A DNA stretch of 64,000 bases from Bugula neritina (taxonomy: Eukaryota; Animalia; Bryozoa). The DNA lies in contig OZ037768.1 of NCBI GenBank assembly GCA_964035545.1, positions 20,071,700 through 20,135,699 on the forward strand. Direction: 5' to 3'. Of the stretch, positions 13,260 to 29,000 are shown piece after piece (position 1 is the first letter of the stretch; each line of letters begins with the position of its first letter). Under the pieces are notes generated by a model. That model searched no databases and was not told where the DNA came from. It saw only the letters and a list, made by a program, of their open reading frames with translations. A program made the translations under genes and the position numbers.

Positions 13260-14500
13260 AGTATAGTTAAGTTTTAATGATGTAATGATTGTGTTCTTGC
13301 GCGTTTTGTTATTATTTTAATTTTGCCATTTTCTTACTCTTATGATATTGATTTTGAATTTCAATTGAATTTGAATTTGATTATCATATTCATTGTGATT
13401 GACTTTGAGTGATTGACATTATCATCAGCTAAAGCTGACCACAATAACGAAATCAATCTGAGTTCAATATCAATATGAATGATTAAATAATAAAATTATG
13501 AAAATATATTTGAAATAATATTTAATTTTGTAATATTGTTAATAATAAATATAATCATAATGACTTGAAGTGAAATTGAAGCTTAATTTTTGAGTTTACA
13601 ATATGAATATGAATAATCATAATGATTATTATTATACTTATACAGTTATAGTAACTAATAGTTATTTATATACTATAATTTAACTGTATAATACTGAAAG
13701 TAATTTAAACTATTATAGTTATGAGTTCAGAGTTGTCACTTTTACTTTAAGTTTAAGTTTATGCTGATAGTTAATCATTAATTAGCACTAGCAGTACTGT
13801 AGCTAGGCTTAAGTTGGTGTTATTGTTATAGTTATACTTAAATTAATTACTAAGTCTAATATTATAGTCATACTCATAGACTAAGACTTAGAGTTAGACT
13901 CATAGTCATACTGCCATAGTGATAGTAGTACTGATAGCTATAATGATAGTTATAATCATTATAAGTTAAAGTATTACAAATTTGATCACTATTATAATGA
14001 TAATCATAATCACCAAATGATTATCATAATGATAATGAGAAGCAGAAAGTTACTTGAGTGGCAAGTAATTATGATTATCATAAATTAAAATTATAATCAT
14101 AATAATAATGGCGATTATTTTAATTATAACAATATAATTATATAAGTATGTTATCTTATAATTTTTATAATAACTGTAAGTGTAGTAATATTTATATTAT
14201 AGCAATCGCCAATATCAATATGAAATTGAAAATGAATGTAATCATTTAAAGTGAAGATACGAATCAAATGAATATGAATTTTAATATGAATATGATTACT
14301 TATGATTATTAGTTATCGTTATGATTGTTCGATTATTAAATTAATATTATTTGTAATTTTACTGTCATAAATTTATTTTTGATGATAATTAGTAATTATG
14401 TTAATTAATATTATTATAATTATTATTATACTGAAACATCAACTACTACTTATTGTTATAGTTATACTTATACCTAGGTTATACTTATACTCTATTACTA
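13260..14500. repeat. Degenerate 6-bp-periodic AT-rich tract in the putative WBP11 first intron
   Basis: For example atagtc-atactc-atag..., ttgaat-ttgaat-ttgatt, ttatag-ttatac-ttatac. Confidence 0.7.
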
Positions 14501-14742
14501 TGGCTATGGAAAAATGAAGCATTCAGATAGAAATCACTTGTTTGTATTTATTTTGAAATATATAAGATATTCTAGTTCAAATAAAAACCACCTTAATTGG
14601 TGTAGTTACCACCATTGCCATTATTTTTTCATTATTAAAAGTGTTTATATAAACTTTCTTTGTACAAACAGCACAACATTATTGCATAAATTCACATAAG
14701 TTTGTCCTTTACTATTCTAGGTTGACATAAAATACAGTCAGA

Positions 14743-17700
14743 ATGGGTAAACGATCCACAACATCCACAAAAAGTGGGAAGTTTATGAATCCTACAGATC
14801 AAGCACGTGAGTATTAAGTATCAGTTACATGTTTAATATTTATACTGTGGTGTATTGTTATAACATATCAAAACATGTGAATGTTCAATTTAAACCATTG
14901 CTTATAACTAGATATACAAGTTATGAAAATTAAGGTTGCAATATTTTTGGGTTTGAAATGCACCTAATTGCTAGCTGCTAACTGCAGTCTAATGAAAAAT
15001 ATTGTCATTTTAAAGGAAAGGAACAAAGGCGAAAAGAGTTAAAGAAAAATAAGAAGCAGCGTATGGCAGTGCGACATGCGGTTCTCAAAGGCAAAGACGC
15101 ACAGAAAATTATTCAGGATCTCGACGAAATTGACGACATGGGTGCGTGACTCTGGTGTTGCAAGTTTACTTTTATATTGAAACGGTTTGTCAGAATATTC
15201 TAAAAGGCTTTTATATAAATAATTCTTACTGTTGTTTTTGTAGAATTGAATCCTTCAAAGCCACCTTCTTTGGGAGAAAAAGTCCTTAAAGAAAAACGTA
15301 GAAAACTTATGGAAACCTTTGAAAGAGTTTTAAAATTATATGTAAGTCTCGTAACGTGCTACTGTAGCCTGGTCTTCATTTAGTAACACCACCCAACCTC
15401 TATTCTTTTAAACACTACTAACTGCTGACTTGAAAGTTTAGGAAATAAGACCAAATAAATTCTCTTGTTTGAGTTTTGTTACGTATGTAATAAATTTGTG
15501 TTATGTTTTTAGGAAAAAGAAGACACAGAATATTATGCAGAATTCAAGGAAGTTTATGATCAGTATCTAGAAAGAAGAGCTAGAAAGCAGATGTATTACG
15601 GTATGAACTACGATGAGTCATAAGACTGCTGACTTGGCAACTGCTAAGTTACCAAGTTAGCAGGAGATGTTGATTTCTCTCTATTTGGTTGTGTTGATTG
15701 GTTAAAGCCATGATACTGTGTGGCTCAGTTCCCTTCTAGAGTGTGTGAATATATACTGTGTGTTCTCTTGTAATACAGATGAAGTGAAATCAGCTGAACG
15801 AGTCCTAGTAGATGAAATACCTCTCCCGGATTTACCGTTAGTCACACCCGTAGCCCCGTATGATATTCCCCTTCCTCAACCTAAAAGTATATTAAAGAAG
15901 GCTCCAGCTTATACCCAGGAGTAAGTCAGGCCTCCTAACTTCACTATGTATGCATAATGCGTGTTGCTTCATTGTTATTTTTTAACCCTAAGTTCTATTA
16001 TTTCTTGTTGACAGTTAACTTTTATAGCATCATTATATTACTATTCATCTGCCATTATGCAAAACCTGGTTTGATTATAATGATGTATCATTTAATGATT
16101 CAAATTAATCTCTAACTTTTTTTAGTTGTCTGCTCTCCGACTATTCATAATATTTTTGTTTTTCAGTGAAAACAAAAGGAAACCCCCAGGTCCGCCTCCT
16201 GGACCCCCTCCAGCACTCAGCGATTCTGAAGAAGAACTAGAAGTGGACACAACTCCTTTAGCTGGTGCGCACACTTCTTTTACCCTCTTTAAAATTTGTC
16301 TAAAATTAATAAACTGTTCTTTTCTTACTGAAATAAAATAAAAACCAAATTACCAACATAACAGGTGGTATTTTTAGCTAATCTACCAAAGCATTTGATT
16401 ACTACCTAAATTCTAAGCTTTTCCATTCCACTATAGTTGTTATCCAATATAAATTTAGACTGGTACTTCACCCATGCAGTGATAGTTTAGTTGTGTTACT
16501 CTCTCTATTATTGGTTCTTGGAATATTCTAGAGAAACACAGATCCATCCGATTCCAGGATGAGGAAGGAAGAGAACCGGCTGACAGGGAAACTGAAAAGA
16601 AGGGCCTTGATGAGCATACTGAGAGCACAGCCAAGCCTACTACACCACTGCAGGCAGCCATGTTGAAAATGGCAGCTGAGAAAGCAGCAAAAGTGCTTGA
16701 ACAGAGTCAGCAAAATGCCAATGATGAGGAGGTGTGTTGGGAGTATCTTACTGTTGGGATATTTTAACATGAAGTACTTGACACTGTGAATTCAATTGGA
16801 AGTTCGTAAAGTTGTGCAGCTTGATTTTTAATTTTCAAGTTTGTGTTGTCCACTGCGCCAGTACAGCAAAGAGTGGTAGTGTTTTCTTGTAATGAGAATG
16901 TAGATCATAGTCATAGTCATAGTCATATGGGCTAACATGGCATTATTACATCTCAGTGTGTTACAGCACAGCATAGTTTATATGTGCCTAGAGCTTAATA
17001 TTGATGAGTGCCTCTCAATACTGTATGACATTCTTGTGTATAATTTATGTTTATATCTTGGGTTTTGGTGCCTCAGCTAGTAAATCTCCTACTAGAGTTG
17101 TGTCTTACTTCATAGCTGTTACTCTGTGTACTCTGTTACTCTGCATAGTCTGTTAAGTTGCGTTTATACCTCTGCTGAAAAAAGTTCCGAGTTTAAGTTA
17201 ATAATGCTTGTCCGGGTACCTCTTTATAGTCAAACTGAAAATCATCGAAATCATATTGATACGGAAGCTTGCTTCTAAAAATGAAATCTGACTCGCCTAA
17301 TCACTATTTGATGCCCTTTGTAAACATCGTGAATTAGTGAAGTTGACAGCATAAAAGCGATAATTGAGAAGGCTAGGCGATATAATTATTAACATATAAG
17401 TATGTCATCTAATCGCCAAAGTAATCAATAAATAACGATATTTACAAGGGGTTATTACTCTTTTTGAGTATTAATCTGAAATCCGCCGATTAAGTTATCG
17501 CAGTACAAAAATTTTTACAAGTGGCTTTTACAATGCAATGCAACTCGGAGAAATTTCAACCCGGCCAAATTGAATTTCTGACTCAAAATCGTGAAGGTAT
17601 AAAGGCAACTTTACTCCGTGTAGTCTGTTACACTGTGTACTCTGTTACACTGTGTACTCTGTTACACTGTGTACTCTGTTACTATGTGTACTCTGTTACT

Positions 17701-19963
17701 CTGTTACACTGTGTACTCTGTTACTCTGTGTACTCTTTTACTCTGTGTACTCTGTTACTCTGCGTAGTCTACACTAAAGCAGTAGTCTACACTCTGTAGG
17801 TGTTTGCTGAGCACGGCAACGTAGGAAATGTTCTGAATGACGGAGGGGCTGAAATGCAGACTAGTGCTGTCGATGTAGAAGGTGCTGCCTTACCACCTGC
17901 AGGTAAACATTTTCTCTTGTCACAATCTTTCACTTATTAGAAGTTCTACAAAAAATTTGTAATGCTGTTTTTCATCACTTAATTTTTATATTGAGTAGAT
18001 TGGACCACTCCAATTTGTTCATTTTGCTATTGCTATACACTGCATTCCCATACACCGGATGGATGTTCGTGGATTTCTGGTTACAATTTGCATTAACTTA
18101 TGGCTGTCATTTCATTCGATTGAGCAGTTTCCACACATCAAATGAATACTCCCTTTGCATGATGCAAAGTATGAGAATGTAGTACTTAACTGACTTAAAC
18201 TCTATATATGTATAACACCTTTTGTACACTACACACTCAAATGGCATTGATTTACTTTTATCCAATTATATGTAGACAAAGCGTCAGATCTGTTGCATAT
18301 TTTATGTAGAAATAACTCCCGGGATGGTGCAGCCAATCATATATCGAGGTCCCGGCGGGGCTCCAGTTGTTGGTCTGCAGTTAGCACCTGTGGCTATTCG
18401 GCCTCCTGGGCTCCTTCCACCCGGCCCCCCGCCTGGACTGCCTCCAGCTCTCAGGGTTCACAGGCTACCTACTGGTCAGTCTCTACTCATATATTATGTA
18501 ATAGTAGCATGTCAACTCTACATAGTGTCACCTGAGTGGGTGTTTGTGTTCAGACTTGGAAATGATTTACATCACATTATTATTGATATGGCCTTCAAAT
18601 CCCATTACTACCATTCATCGGCCATTAATTTGCTTACATGTAGCTTTTTAGTGTATCCAATTTTGCTTGCACATGGACAACTTTTGGTGTTTTCAATATT
18701 ATTAGTACATCCAATATTACTAGTATATCCAATTATTGTTCAATAAATCACTTAAACATGTTGGCTGAGTTCATTAGCTTATCCAATAGAATTATGCGAG
18801 CAATTATTTCTTGTCTGCAGCATTTTCTACGCTTAATATATTCCGGAAAACCTAAAGCCTACGATGTTTTGTCTGCTTCTCAGTAAATATTTATCGGAGT
18901 CCCCAAATAGCATAGTATATTGTAACAAGCAATACTTGTCTGTTGATAGACTTGCCACCCAGGCTGGTAAGACCACCCATGAACATACCTCCTCCAGGAA
19001 TGCGGCCCGGCATGCAGCAGTCCAACATTCTCTCAGCACCACCCAGTATCATGAAGCCACCCAGCAGTAAACCGTTCAACCAACCACAGCAGGTTTGCTT
19101 ACATTTCAGCTACATTCCATTATTCATAAATCATGTGGACTTGAGTCGGTATTTCTCTTGTGCTCAGAATAACCAATCATGATTAATGGAAAGTCTGTAT
19201 TATCATTTGGTTCTTATAGCATCTGTAATCTTGTAGTCATGAAAGCCATGTGAATGCTTTGCAGTTAATTCCTACTCAATTTATTTATCATTTAATGCCT
19301 AAAGTCACATTTTCATTGTAAATTAGCAGTTTTCTATTTCTATATTTAAAAACGGCTGTTTTATTCGGTTGTTTAGGATTCTCATGCAACTATATCCGCT
19401 AAACCAGTTATAAAGCACCACATCGGGGATGTCACGAGGTTCATGCCAACGTCTCTGAAGATTAAACGAGATGGACAGAAGAAGCCAGTCTCTAAATTAG
19501 GTAAATATGTCTGCTTTGCTTACTCTGTCTCAGAAAGTATGTAGAATACTTCACACATTACCATTTTGTTATTGAAACAGTATAATTGCTTTATATTCAT
19601 ACAAACAGAAGCAGATACCATAGGGATACATATATAAATAAGTACATTGATTAGATATTCTGATTTTGGAGCTCTTATTTCTGTTTGCTTGTATTGATAT
19701 TTGCTGGAAGTCATCAGCTTGTGGTGAATGGTTTTACTGCCTTTAGCCATACTTATGTTACAAGTTATTTGGAAGTTTTTAACGTTAGGAAAGCTGTCAC
19801 ACATATATATTCACTACTACTAATAAATGTTGCCTGGTGTTTTGTAGGTCCCAGTGTACCACTCTCTGCCCCAGTGTCCTCTACTAAGTCTGCTCCAGGC
19901 ACAGGACAGACCAAGGATGACGCATACGACAGTTTCATGAAGGAAATTGAAGGCATCATGTGA
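14743..19963 (+). CDS. WBP11: WW domain-binding protein 11 (splicing factor, PP1 interactor), about 488 aa
   Basis: Exons 14743-14806, 15016-15141, 15244-15341, 15513-15600, 15779-15920, 16167-16264, 16532-16731, 17800-17902, 18310-18474, 18950-19092, 19377-19500, 19848-19963. N-terminus MGKRSTTSTKSGKFMNPTDQARKEQRRKELKKNKKQR, PPGPPP tracts, ATISAKP..VTRFMPTSLKIKR, C-terminus TKDDAYDSFMKEIEGIM. Confidence 0.95.
17155..17611. mobile_element. Putative non-autonomous DNA transposon (MITE) in a WBP11 intron
   Basis: Imperfect TIRs AAGTTGCGTTTATACCT / AGGTATAAAGGCAACTT. It splits a (TACTCTGTG/TACTCTGT) simple repeat present on both sides. Superfamily unclear. Confidence 0.6.
17612..17797. repeat. 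Simple repeat (TACTCTGTGTACTCTGT)n, also at 17117-17154
   Basis: Direct reading. Confidence 0.85.
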
Positions 19964-20435
19964 AAGTAAAGCTTTTGCTTCAAAAGCTCAGTGGTTCCTG
20001 TATATAGTTTGGTGTAGCTATCTTTTTGTGTACATAATTTTCAGCTGTATTGGCTTGGAGAAGACTTCATAATAAAATGTAATTTTAAATTTTCGTTTGT
20101 TTTATGAACATTTACCATGCAGGCATTTTGGTTCACTTGAAACAACATGACATATTTTAGTAGTACAAGATATTCATAGGTAATGTTTATAAACTTCATA
20201 GATTATACTTTGACTCATGTCATTTATTGTTTGCCGTGTTATTTTCAACGTAAACGCTAGCTCTTAGCCATTGGAGCTCCGCTATTGAATTTTATGTGTA
20301 CTAAATTATCAAACATCAAATATTTCCACAATAGTATATTTATTTAGTATAAAAATTATAGTTTAATTAAAATATATATAGTGTTAGATCATCATATATT
20401 CATTATGTACATAAAGTTACAGGATTCGTATTGAT

Positions 20436-21842
<1,407 letters not shown>

Positions 21843-22369
21843 GTATGCTGCAGTGCAAGTCTACAAGCAATAAAAATCATTTAAACTAAAATTAAAACTA
21901 AAAACATAGCATCATCATAACTACAATATTATGTTTATGAAGTAGTAATAATATTTAATATTACTGTTGAAGCTTCCAACCGTTAAGTCACACAAGTGTC
22001 TGTTTTGGTACTTGATTGTCAGTTTGTTAACTTTAGATGCCACTTAAAAATAATACAAGAAGTTTTGATGCGTTACGCTCTCAGTTTTGTTGAGCTGAAT
22101 GTGTTAAATAATGTTTTGCATACCGTTACAGTTTAACTACACACTGATCATGTATTCAGTAGATGGTAAGTACTAACTTTATCAGAGATATATCTATACA
22201 GGTAATTTTAAAGTAAAGAACTTACTTTGTCTACCGGTTCTAGTGGCTGATACCTTTGGATTTACTGGTATTTCTTGCTGATGATCTCTGAAACTCTTAT
22301 TTACTGTTAAATTGATTACTAAAGCTTTCGGTTCTTCAGAATGAATGATTTCCATATGCTTGCTTCTGA

Positions 22370-22560
22370 GACCTTTATAAGGCTTAGTTTAGCAACACGT
22401 AAATATTTTTCTGCTTGTTGCTATGGGGGAAAACCTTAACTGTATTAGCTTAATGCATATTTATATGCATATTTGCAGTCGTTAATATTTTGCAAGTTAT
22501 CGGGTGGCTGTTGGCTTCACCCCGCCTTTGTTAGATTAGTCGCAGTTGCTAAGCAACTAG
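22370..22560. promoter_or_regulatory. FoxJ1/IFT25 bidirectional promoter with RFX X-boxes, forkhead site and TATA
   Basis: TATAAA on the - strand 22374-22379; TAGCAAC half-site ending 22396; GTAAATA (RYAAAYA) 22399-22405; GTTGCTATGG 22417-22426; palindromic GTTGCTAAGCAAC 22545-22557. Confidence 0.65.
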
Positions 22561-23291
22561 CAGCCAAATACTTTATGATATGATAACGCCTTCAGCATTC
22601 CTTATCGCCGATGGATTATAATTTGTAGTAGTTGTAGTAGGATTGCTAGTAGAGCACTATTATTTCCATTGTATGCTGGTACAATTGTGAATACAATTGC
22701 AGAGTCAAGTAAGTCTATAACATACTACTTTGAAATGCAATTTTGTTAAAATTAATTTTACAGTTTTAAACTGCAAGGTTACTTCCATGTGCTGAACGAC
22801 TGATGGTCCGACAGTATAATTGATTGTGCCGGTAGTCCCTATACTCGGCTGGTTGCTGATTTGGATGTTTAGATCAGTCTTTTATTTTATTGTTTCGAAT
22901 CCATATGCACAATCTGTCTGTTTAGATTTTGCTTTAGTATCTTAAAGGAGGGGGTGCAGGGATGGAGAAAGTGAGAAATTCTTTGTTTTCAAACATAAAA
23001 CTAGCAAAAGACGGTATATTTTCAATCTGAGCCTCAAACCAAAATTTATAAAAATAATTAAAGAATTTTAAGCAATTAAGTTTTTTATTTCTGCACCCAA
23101 ATCTTAAAGATATGAATAAGGACGCAAGTCCAATTAATATTCACAGACTCAAATTATGCAAAAAAAGGAAAAAAATGCACATGGCCAGTCTCATCAAGTT
23201 AGTTATTAGTATGTGAAATTTTATTATATAAAACTCTCAGTGTTGATTTATGCGAATTTTTATGCAGACACATAAAGCCATCGGCAGAAAG

Positions 23292-24406
23292 ATGTTTAAT
23301 ATTGGTCTCGGGTCTGCCGGTACCACAGTAAGTTTGGCCTCTTCATCCGACAGCAACTTCCCTCCTGAAAATATTATAGATGGAAAACTTGATACCTTCT
23401 GGCTGACAACAGGGATGTTCCCCCAAGAGTTTGTCCTCTCCTTCACCTCAACTATGGCTGTAAACAATGTCAAGTTGAACTGCCACAACGTAAGGAAACT
23501 TTCTCTGGAGAAGAGCGTTGAGGTGAGTGAAGTTTTATGTTGTCTGTTTACGGGCAGCTTCAGAGGCTTTTTTCAGAGGTTTGTTGGCAAATAACTTGGT
23601 CTTTTATACACAAATACCATCCAGTGGCCTAGTGGTTAGAACACAGGTACAGTGAGATGCAGGTCATGGATTGAGTCCCGTTCGTTGGTAATATCAGGGT
23701 AGCATCCAATCATAACTGCTCCTGTGCCACAGAAAAAGCCTTCAAACCATGTTGTCAGCATGGTAGGAAACACAGTTATTAGCATGCTGAAAAATCTTTA
23801 TGGTCAAGTGTTTTAGCAGGGATGAAAATTTTTAACAAATATGTTGCTTTTGTTTGTTTTCCTAGAACTTTACAGTGCATCAGCTTCTTTTAAATATTTG
23901 GATGTTTTCTGCACCTTTGCCACAGTTAGAGTTTCTTTATAGTGTCTAAAAATCCAATAGGCAAAAGTAAAAGCTTTCAGATAAATTTTTGAAAAAGATC
24001 AAAATAGTTAAACTTTTCCTTGTGTCTTATATTTTGTTAAATTTGTGATACGAATGTCATGAATATAATTTGTCATGTTTTAATTTACATGTTTTCACTG
24101 TATGCAGATGTAGCCAAGTATATATAACTATAGCTGTAGAAATGTGTATACAGGTTTGTAGATTATGCTTATGGGTACTTATATTTCACTTTGTTATATA
24201 CTAGTCTTCTATTTTAGACTTCTCCCGTTTCCTTTGAAGTCGTGAGAGAAGCGAGTCTAGAAGGTTCTGACGGAGAGCTTCAGATACACGAGTTTAATCT
24301 TAGTGACGTCAAAGCTAGTCACTTGAAGTTCAAAATTGAGTCTGGATATAATCACTTTGTCTCAATTCACGAACTGAATATAGAGGGAAGTGCTAGTCGC
24401 ATGTGA
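23292..24406 (+). CDS. IFT25: Intraflagellar transport protein 25 (HSPB11), about 139 aa
   Basis: Exons 23292-23522 and 24218-24406. ASSSDSNFPPENIIDGKLDTFWLTTGMFPQEFVLSF and DGELQIHEF..ASHLKFKIESGYNHFVSIHEL. Probable 5' non-coding exon with donor at 22708/22709. Confidence 0.93.
23617..23728 (+). mobile_element. tRNA-derived SINE, diverged copy, in the IFT25 intron
   Basis: A-box TGGCCTAGTGG, degenerate B-box, family core GCATCCAATCATAACTGCTCCTGTGCC. Confidence 0.7.
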
Positions 24407-25245
24407 GGCGTGCTTTGCCAGACATTTCGCAGTTTGTTGCATATAATATAACTTCACGCCCTTAGATGAAAACTCGCCTGCATAGATACTTATGTTTCAG
24501 TCAAGAAAGTCATTTTTTAATATTTTGATAATTTAATTATTTCGCAATTAATTATTGAAGTTTTTACTTACTTATCGTTTTATTATTCAGGCCATGACTT
24601 AAGTTGCACAAGAAGGTGTTTTAGACAATTGTACAATTTGTACAGTAAATTATTAAAATTTATTCACACCAAGATCAGCATAATTTCTTACATTTAATAA
24701 AAAATTTGCTTCTATTTTAATATTTTTAAATAGCTAGGTCAATTTTCTTTTAAATTTGGTCTTTGTTGTAAAAAGTTGTTTATAATACAATTATTTTGTT
24801 ACTATGATTACTAATTTTCTGTATTTCACATAAATGGATGTAAACTACAATTAAGATATATTTACATAAAAGCTGTTGTACTTTCCCTGATGTAAATATT
24901 TAGTTGCTGTAAAACCGTCTCCTAGTGTTTTTCTGCATCTATTGATTATTTTATTATACCTGTTATTGGTCTCCAGCCAAGTGTAAATAAAGTATATTGT
25001 AAAGCTTTGCACACGCATACAAAGTACAATTACTTATAACGTAACATATACAAATGTAAGATGTGAATACAGGATATATAGCATAAACCATTTTGTATTA
25101 TGTGTATATGAAAGTTTTGTTAGACGATTTAGATATATATGATATAGGATATTTAAACATTTTATAAGATGTAAGCAACATGTAATTCAAAATTCATAAA
25201 GTACTATAAGGTTAATATAACATGATATATATAAAAAAAGCTCAA

Positions 25246-25367
25246 GGCACAGGAGCAATTATGACTGCATGCTCTTCCCAACATCACCAATAGCCGTTTT
25301 CAGGGCTCGAACCCATGACCTCGTGTTTACTAGGCAAACGCTCTAACCCCTAGACCACGGCTGCTCC
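25246..25367 (-). mobile_element. tRNA-derived SINE (head and core)
   Basis: Reverse complement reads GGAGCAGCCGTGGTCTAGGGGTTAGAGCG...GGTTCGAGCCC...GCATGCAGTCATAATTGCTCCTGTGCC, matching the copies at 55418 and 60182. Confidence 0.85.
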
Positions 25368-26076
25368 TAATAATATATCAAAGTAGCGTTATAGAAATTA
25401 TTATTCCTGCTTTGTTATAATCTGTGTATATTCTCAAAAAAGTGTGGGACATCTCAAGCCATGGAAATCAACCAAATATTAATATTTCACAGTATTTCTC
25501 GATAATATTTGTATGGCTCATGTTTTGAGTGAGGAATTGTCTACTCAAGGCAGACCTAGTGGCAAGAGTTTTGCACCAAACTAATTTGGAGTTATGATCT
25601 TTTGATAGGCTGTTTTTAATAGGTCTTCATATTATTTTGACAACTTATTTTTGTTAACTTTTATTCTTAGACTCGAAAATATATTATTTTGCAAATTAGT
25701 CGTCTATAATAAATGAAAGGTGTATGAAGAACATGCTAGCTATTACCAGAATAAAAACAATTCACACTGTTTAGAGTTGATACTAAAGTAATACATGCAG
25801 GACATCAATTGCCCTTCTGATATCTTTGGTGAGATAAGATTACAAGTTCAGCACTGATTTCATCATATTGTGCTATTATAGTGTCTTATCACAACACTGT
25901 ATATTTGAGTGGTATTTTATATACTCTGGCCAAAGTACACATACATGATATAATCTTTATCTACTTACAGTCAACTGCTATTACTTTAACCTAGTGTCAT
26001 ACCATCAACACTGAAAGTATTTTTTGTGATACTTACGTTTATTTAGCTGACAACTGGAATATCTTACTGAACTGAC

Positions 26077-29000
26077 ATGAGCTTTAAGGCTCCTTCCGTA
26101 GTAATGAAGTTGTACACTTTTCTACTCTTAGTATTGACACTGAATCAAGTAACTGCAGGTGTTAACATCACACATGTTAGTTTTGACAACAATGGCTGCC
26201 AGGCAGATGTAGATACTGAAACTGGGGGAAAGTATCACATCAATTTGAACAACTTAAAACAGAAAAGGTAAGCCATTTAGTGTCAATTTAAAATGTGTTA
26301 TCAATAAATTGTGCATTCTGACTATAAACAATATTATCAAGTATCTGGAGACATGGAAATGGTCTGCAAGTACAATAGTTAGTAATAAAGAATTGGTCTC
26401 CTGATTATTCAAGAGATATTATTGCTTCACCAATGCAAGTGGGTTAAAGGGTACATACAGTACTCTGCACTAACGATTTTCTTTCACCAGTGTAACATTG
26501 TCTAGTCAACAAAGAATCATCACTGAATGCTGCCTGTTGAAAACTGCTAAAATAAACTGGCCTTCCACTTCTCTATAGTTCTAAAATTGCTAACTATATA
26601 CTTATATAGTATTTGATGGGTTGCTGACCATGCTATACTTGATTTTAGCAATCCGCAGTTTTATCAAATTTTTATTTTGTAATTTATGTAAATTCAGCTT
26701 ACTTTGCTGAAATTTAACCCATTTGCTAACTACCTTTTCATACTGTATTTTTGAGTTTGTGAACTTATGCAATTTAAAATGTCAACTTGAAAATAATATA
26801 TATCCAATTATGTACCAGGGTATATAGTTTTTACAGCTATAAATTGTCATAGCCAGAGAATAACAGCATTTCATTAGTTTTAGATGGTTTCGTAATCTTT
26901 ACAACAACTTTGTGTTTTATACCAAATGTAAGCACAAGCTGTTCTAAGTTATATGACCTGTGAATTAGTTAATATTTTTATCATTGGGGAGCAGTAATGT
27001 GAAAAATTGAAATAGCCTAAGTTCTTTAATTTTATTAATTAATTTTGGTTTGGGGCAAGGGTTGAAATCCTCACTAGAACATAACTTCTTATGCTACATT
27101 TCTATTTTAGAACACAGGCTTTTCTTAGTTTCTCCATCATTGCACCTACCTCTTGATCTGTGACATCACAGTTTTATCATCATGCTGTATATTTAGGTAC
27201 ATCTTTAAATCATTTAATCGAATGGAAAATGCTCAGGAAATTTACCATCTAAGTGTTTGTGGTCATCACATGAACATTACTAACGTTACTGAAAGCCAAG
27301 ACTCCTGCCTCGATCAAATGGTAATAAAATTGAACTCAGTCTATATATGCATATTAGTAGTTTTATCTGAGTTGATAGGCTCACTTAATCATGTATCCAC
27401 TCACACTTTTGGTAAACTGTACTTTGCAACCATACTTCATTTTTTTAGCAAACTATTTTACGGCTAGTAAATTCATTTTCAACTTTTGAATACACAATTA
27501 ACTTTTAGAAATTAAATAATTTTCTGTCAAATATGATATCGGAAACTTTATTGTATAACATGTTATAGTTGTGTAAAGCTTGTTTAAGCATTATGAATCA
27601 AAGTAGACATTAGTTTATGCCTATTTGTACAAAAAATAGAAAGATTTAAAAATTTAAAACCAATAACCTAGTATATAATCACTACCATCTATGTCCTTAG
27701 ACTATCTATAGCTCTAGAGTCTAGATGGAGATATAAATCCCGGTCAGCCAATATGGTCTCTACTTTATAGATATGTTAGGGGAAGACAAATCTAGCAAAT
27801 ATTTGTCATTACAACATGCAGTTTTGAACTTACTTTAGTCTTTTGCAGTTTATATATGAGAGACAAGAGCCTGACTTTATTAAATGCAGTGGTAGCGGCA
27901 ATCATTCAAAGTTGATACTCCACAAAAATGGCATAGCTCTGAAAGTATTTTCCTCTGCAGGGTGAATATTATACTTTAACATGATTTTATATATTACTAT
28001 AACACAATAAAGTATATATTATACTGTAATGTAATACAATGCAAATACATATAGGATGTATAGCATTACAATATTCTATAGTATAATACATTATACTATA
28101 ATCCAGAATAAGCAGTATGATGATACATACTGCAGCATAATATAGTGCGTATATTACTATTACACAATAAAGTATATTACAATATATAATTTAATATACT
28201 ACATACTAAAGTATATATAATAGTACATTATTCTTTAATATGTTATATACTATAACATAATATATAAGGTAGTATAATGATGCATGCTGCAGCGTATTAT
28301 ATAACATACTATAACATTGCACTATGGGATGACACGACAGGTTCTTGTGAAGTGTTACTGCATTACCCAAAATGCATCAGTATGTTATGATGAAATAGCC
28401 TCAATCTATTACCCTGTAGAAGTGATGAAAAACAAACTGACCACAAGGAGCAGGTGATACAACTGGTATGTTCACCTGGAGGAGAAGATGAGTTGGAGTG
28501 TGCCTCAGAATTCTGCACCTTACCTGCAGTAAGTCTGATCCTGTGGCCGAGTGTTGAATACGATAGCTAATGTTGGATATGTTAATGTTGTTGATATTAT
28601 TATATGACATTGCCTCACTGTCACCATGTTCCCATACTTCAAATGAATAATTCATACAGGAAGCTCATGTGGATAGATTTGTTGGTGATAGTTTCACTTG
28701 ATTGACGCTGTTACCATGCATCAAATGAAAAATCCACTTGCATAATTTGAAGTGTGGAAACGTAGTACGAATTTGTATTGCCATAGGTATAGCACTTTTT
28801 TGTTAAATAAATTTAATCAGTATAAAAGAGCATTTACATCTTTTTTAAAAAGTATACAATACGATTTAGACTTTGAAGATTTTGAACTTGTACTGTTTAT
28901 TTGAACTAATTCTTATGTTACAGGCAAATAGTTTCAATTTGAAATCAAAAATTTTCTGTTTGGAAAATATGCCAACAATAGAGCCAGTATCACCAGGCAT

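Noticed and set aside
22942-23108. Short MITE (TAAAGGAGGGGGTGCAG / CTGCACCCAAATCTTAA)
   Set aside because: Inverted match is too short and degenerate, with no clear TSD.
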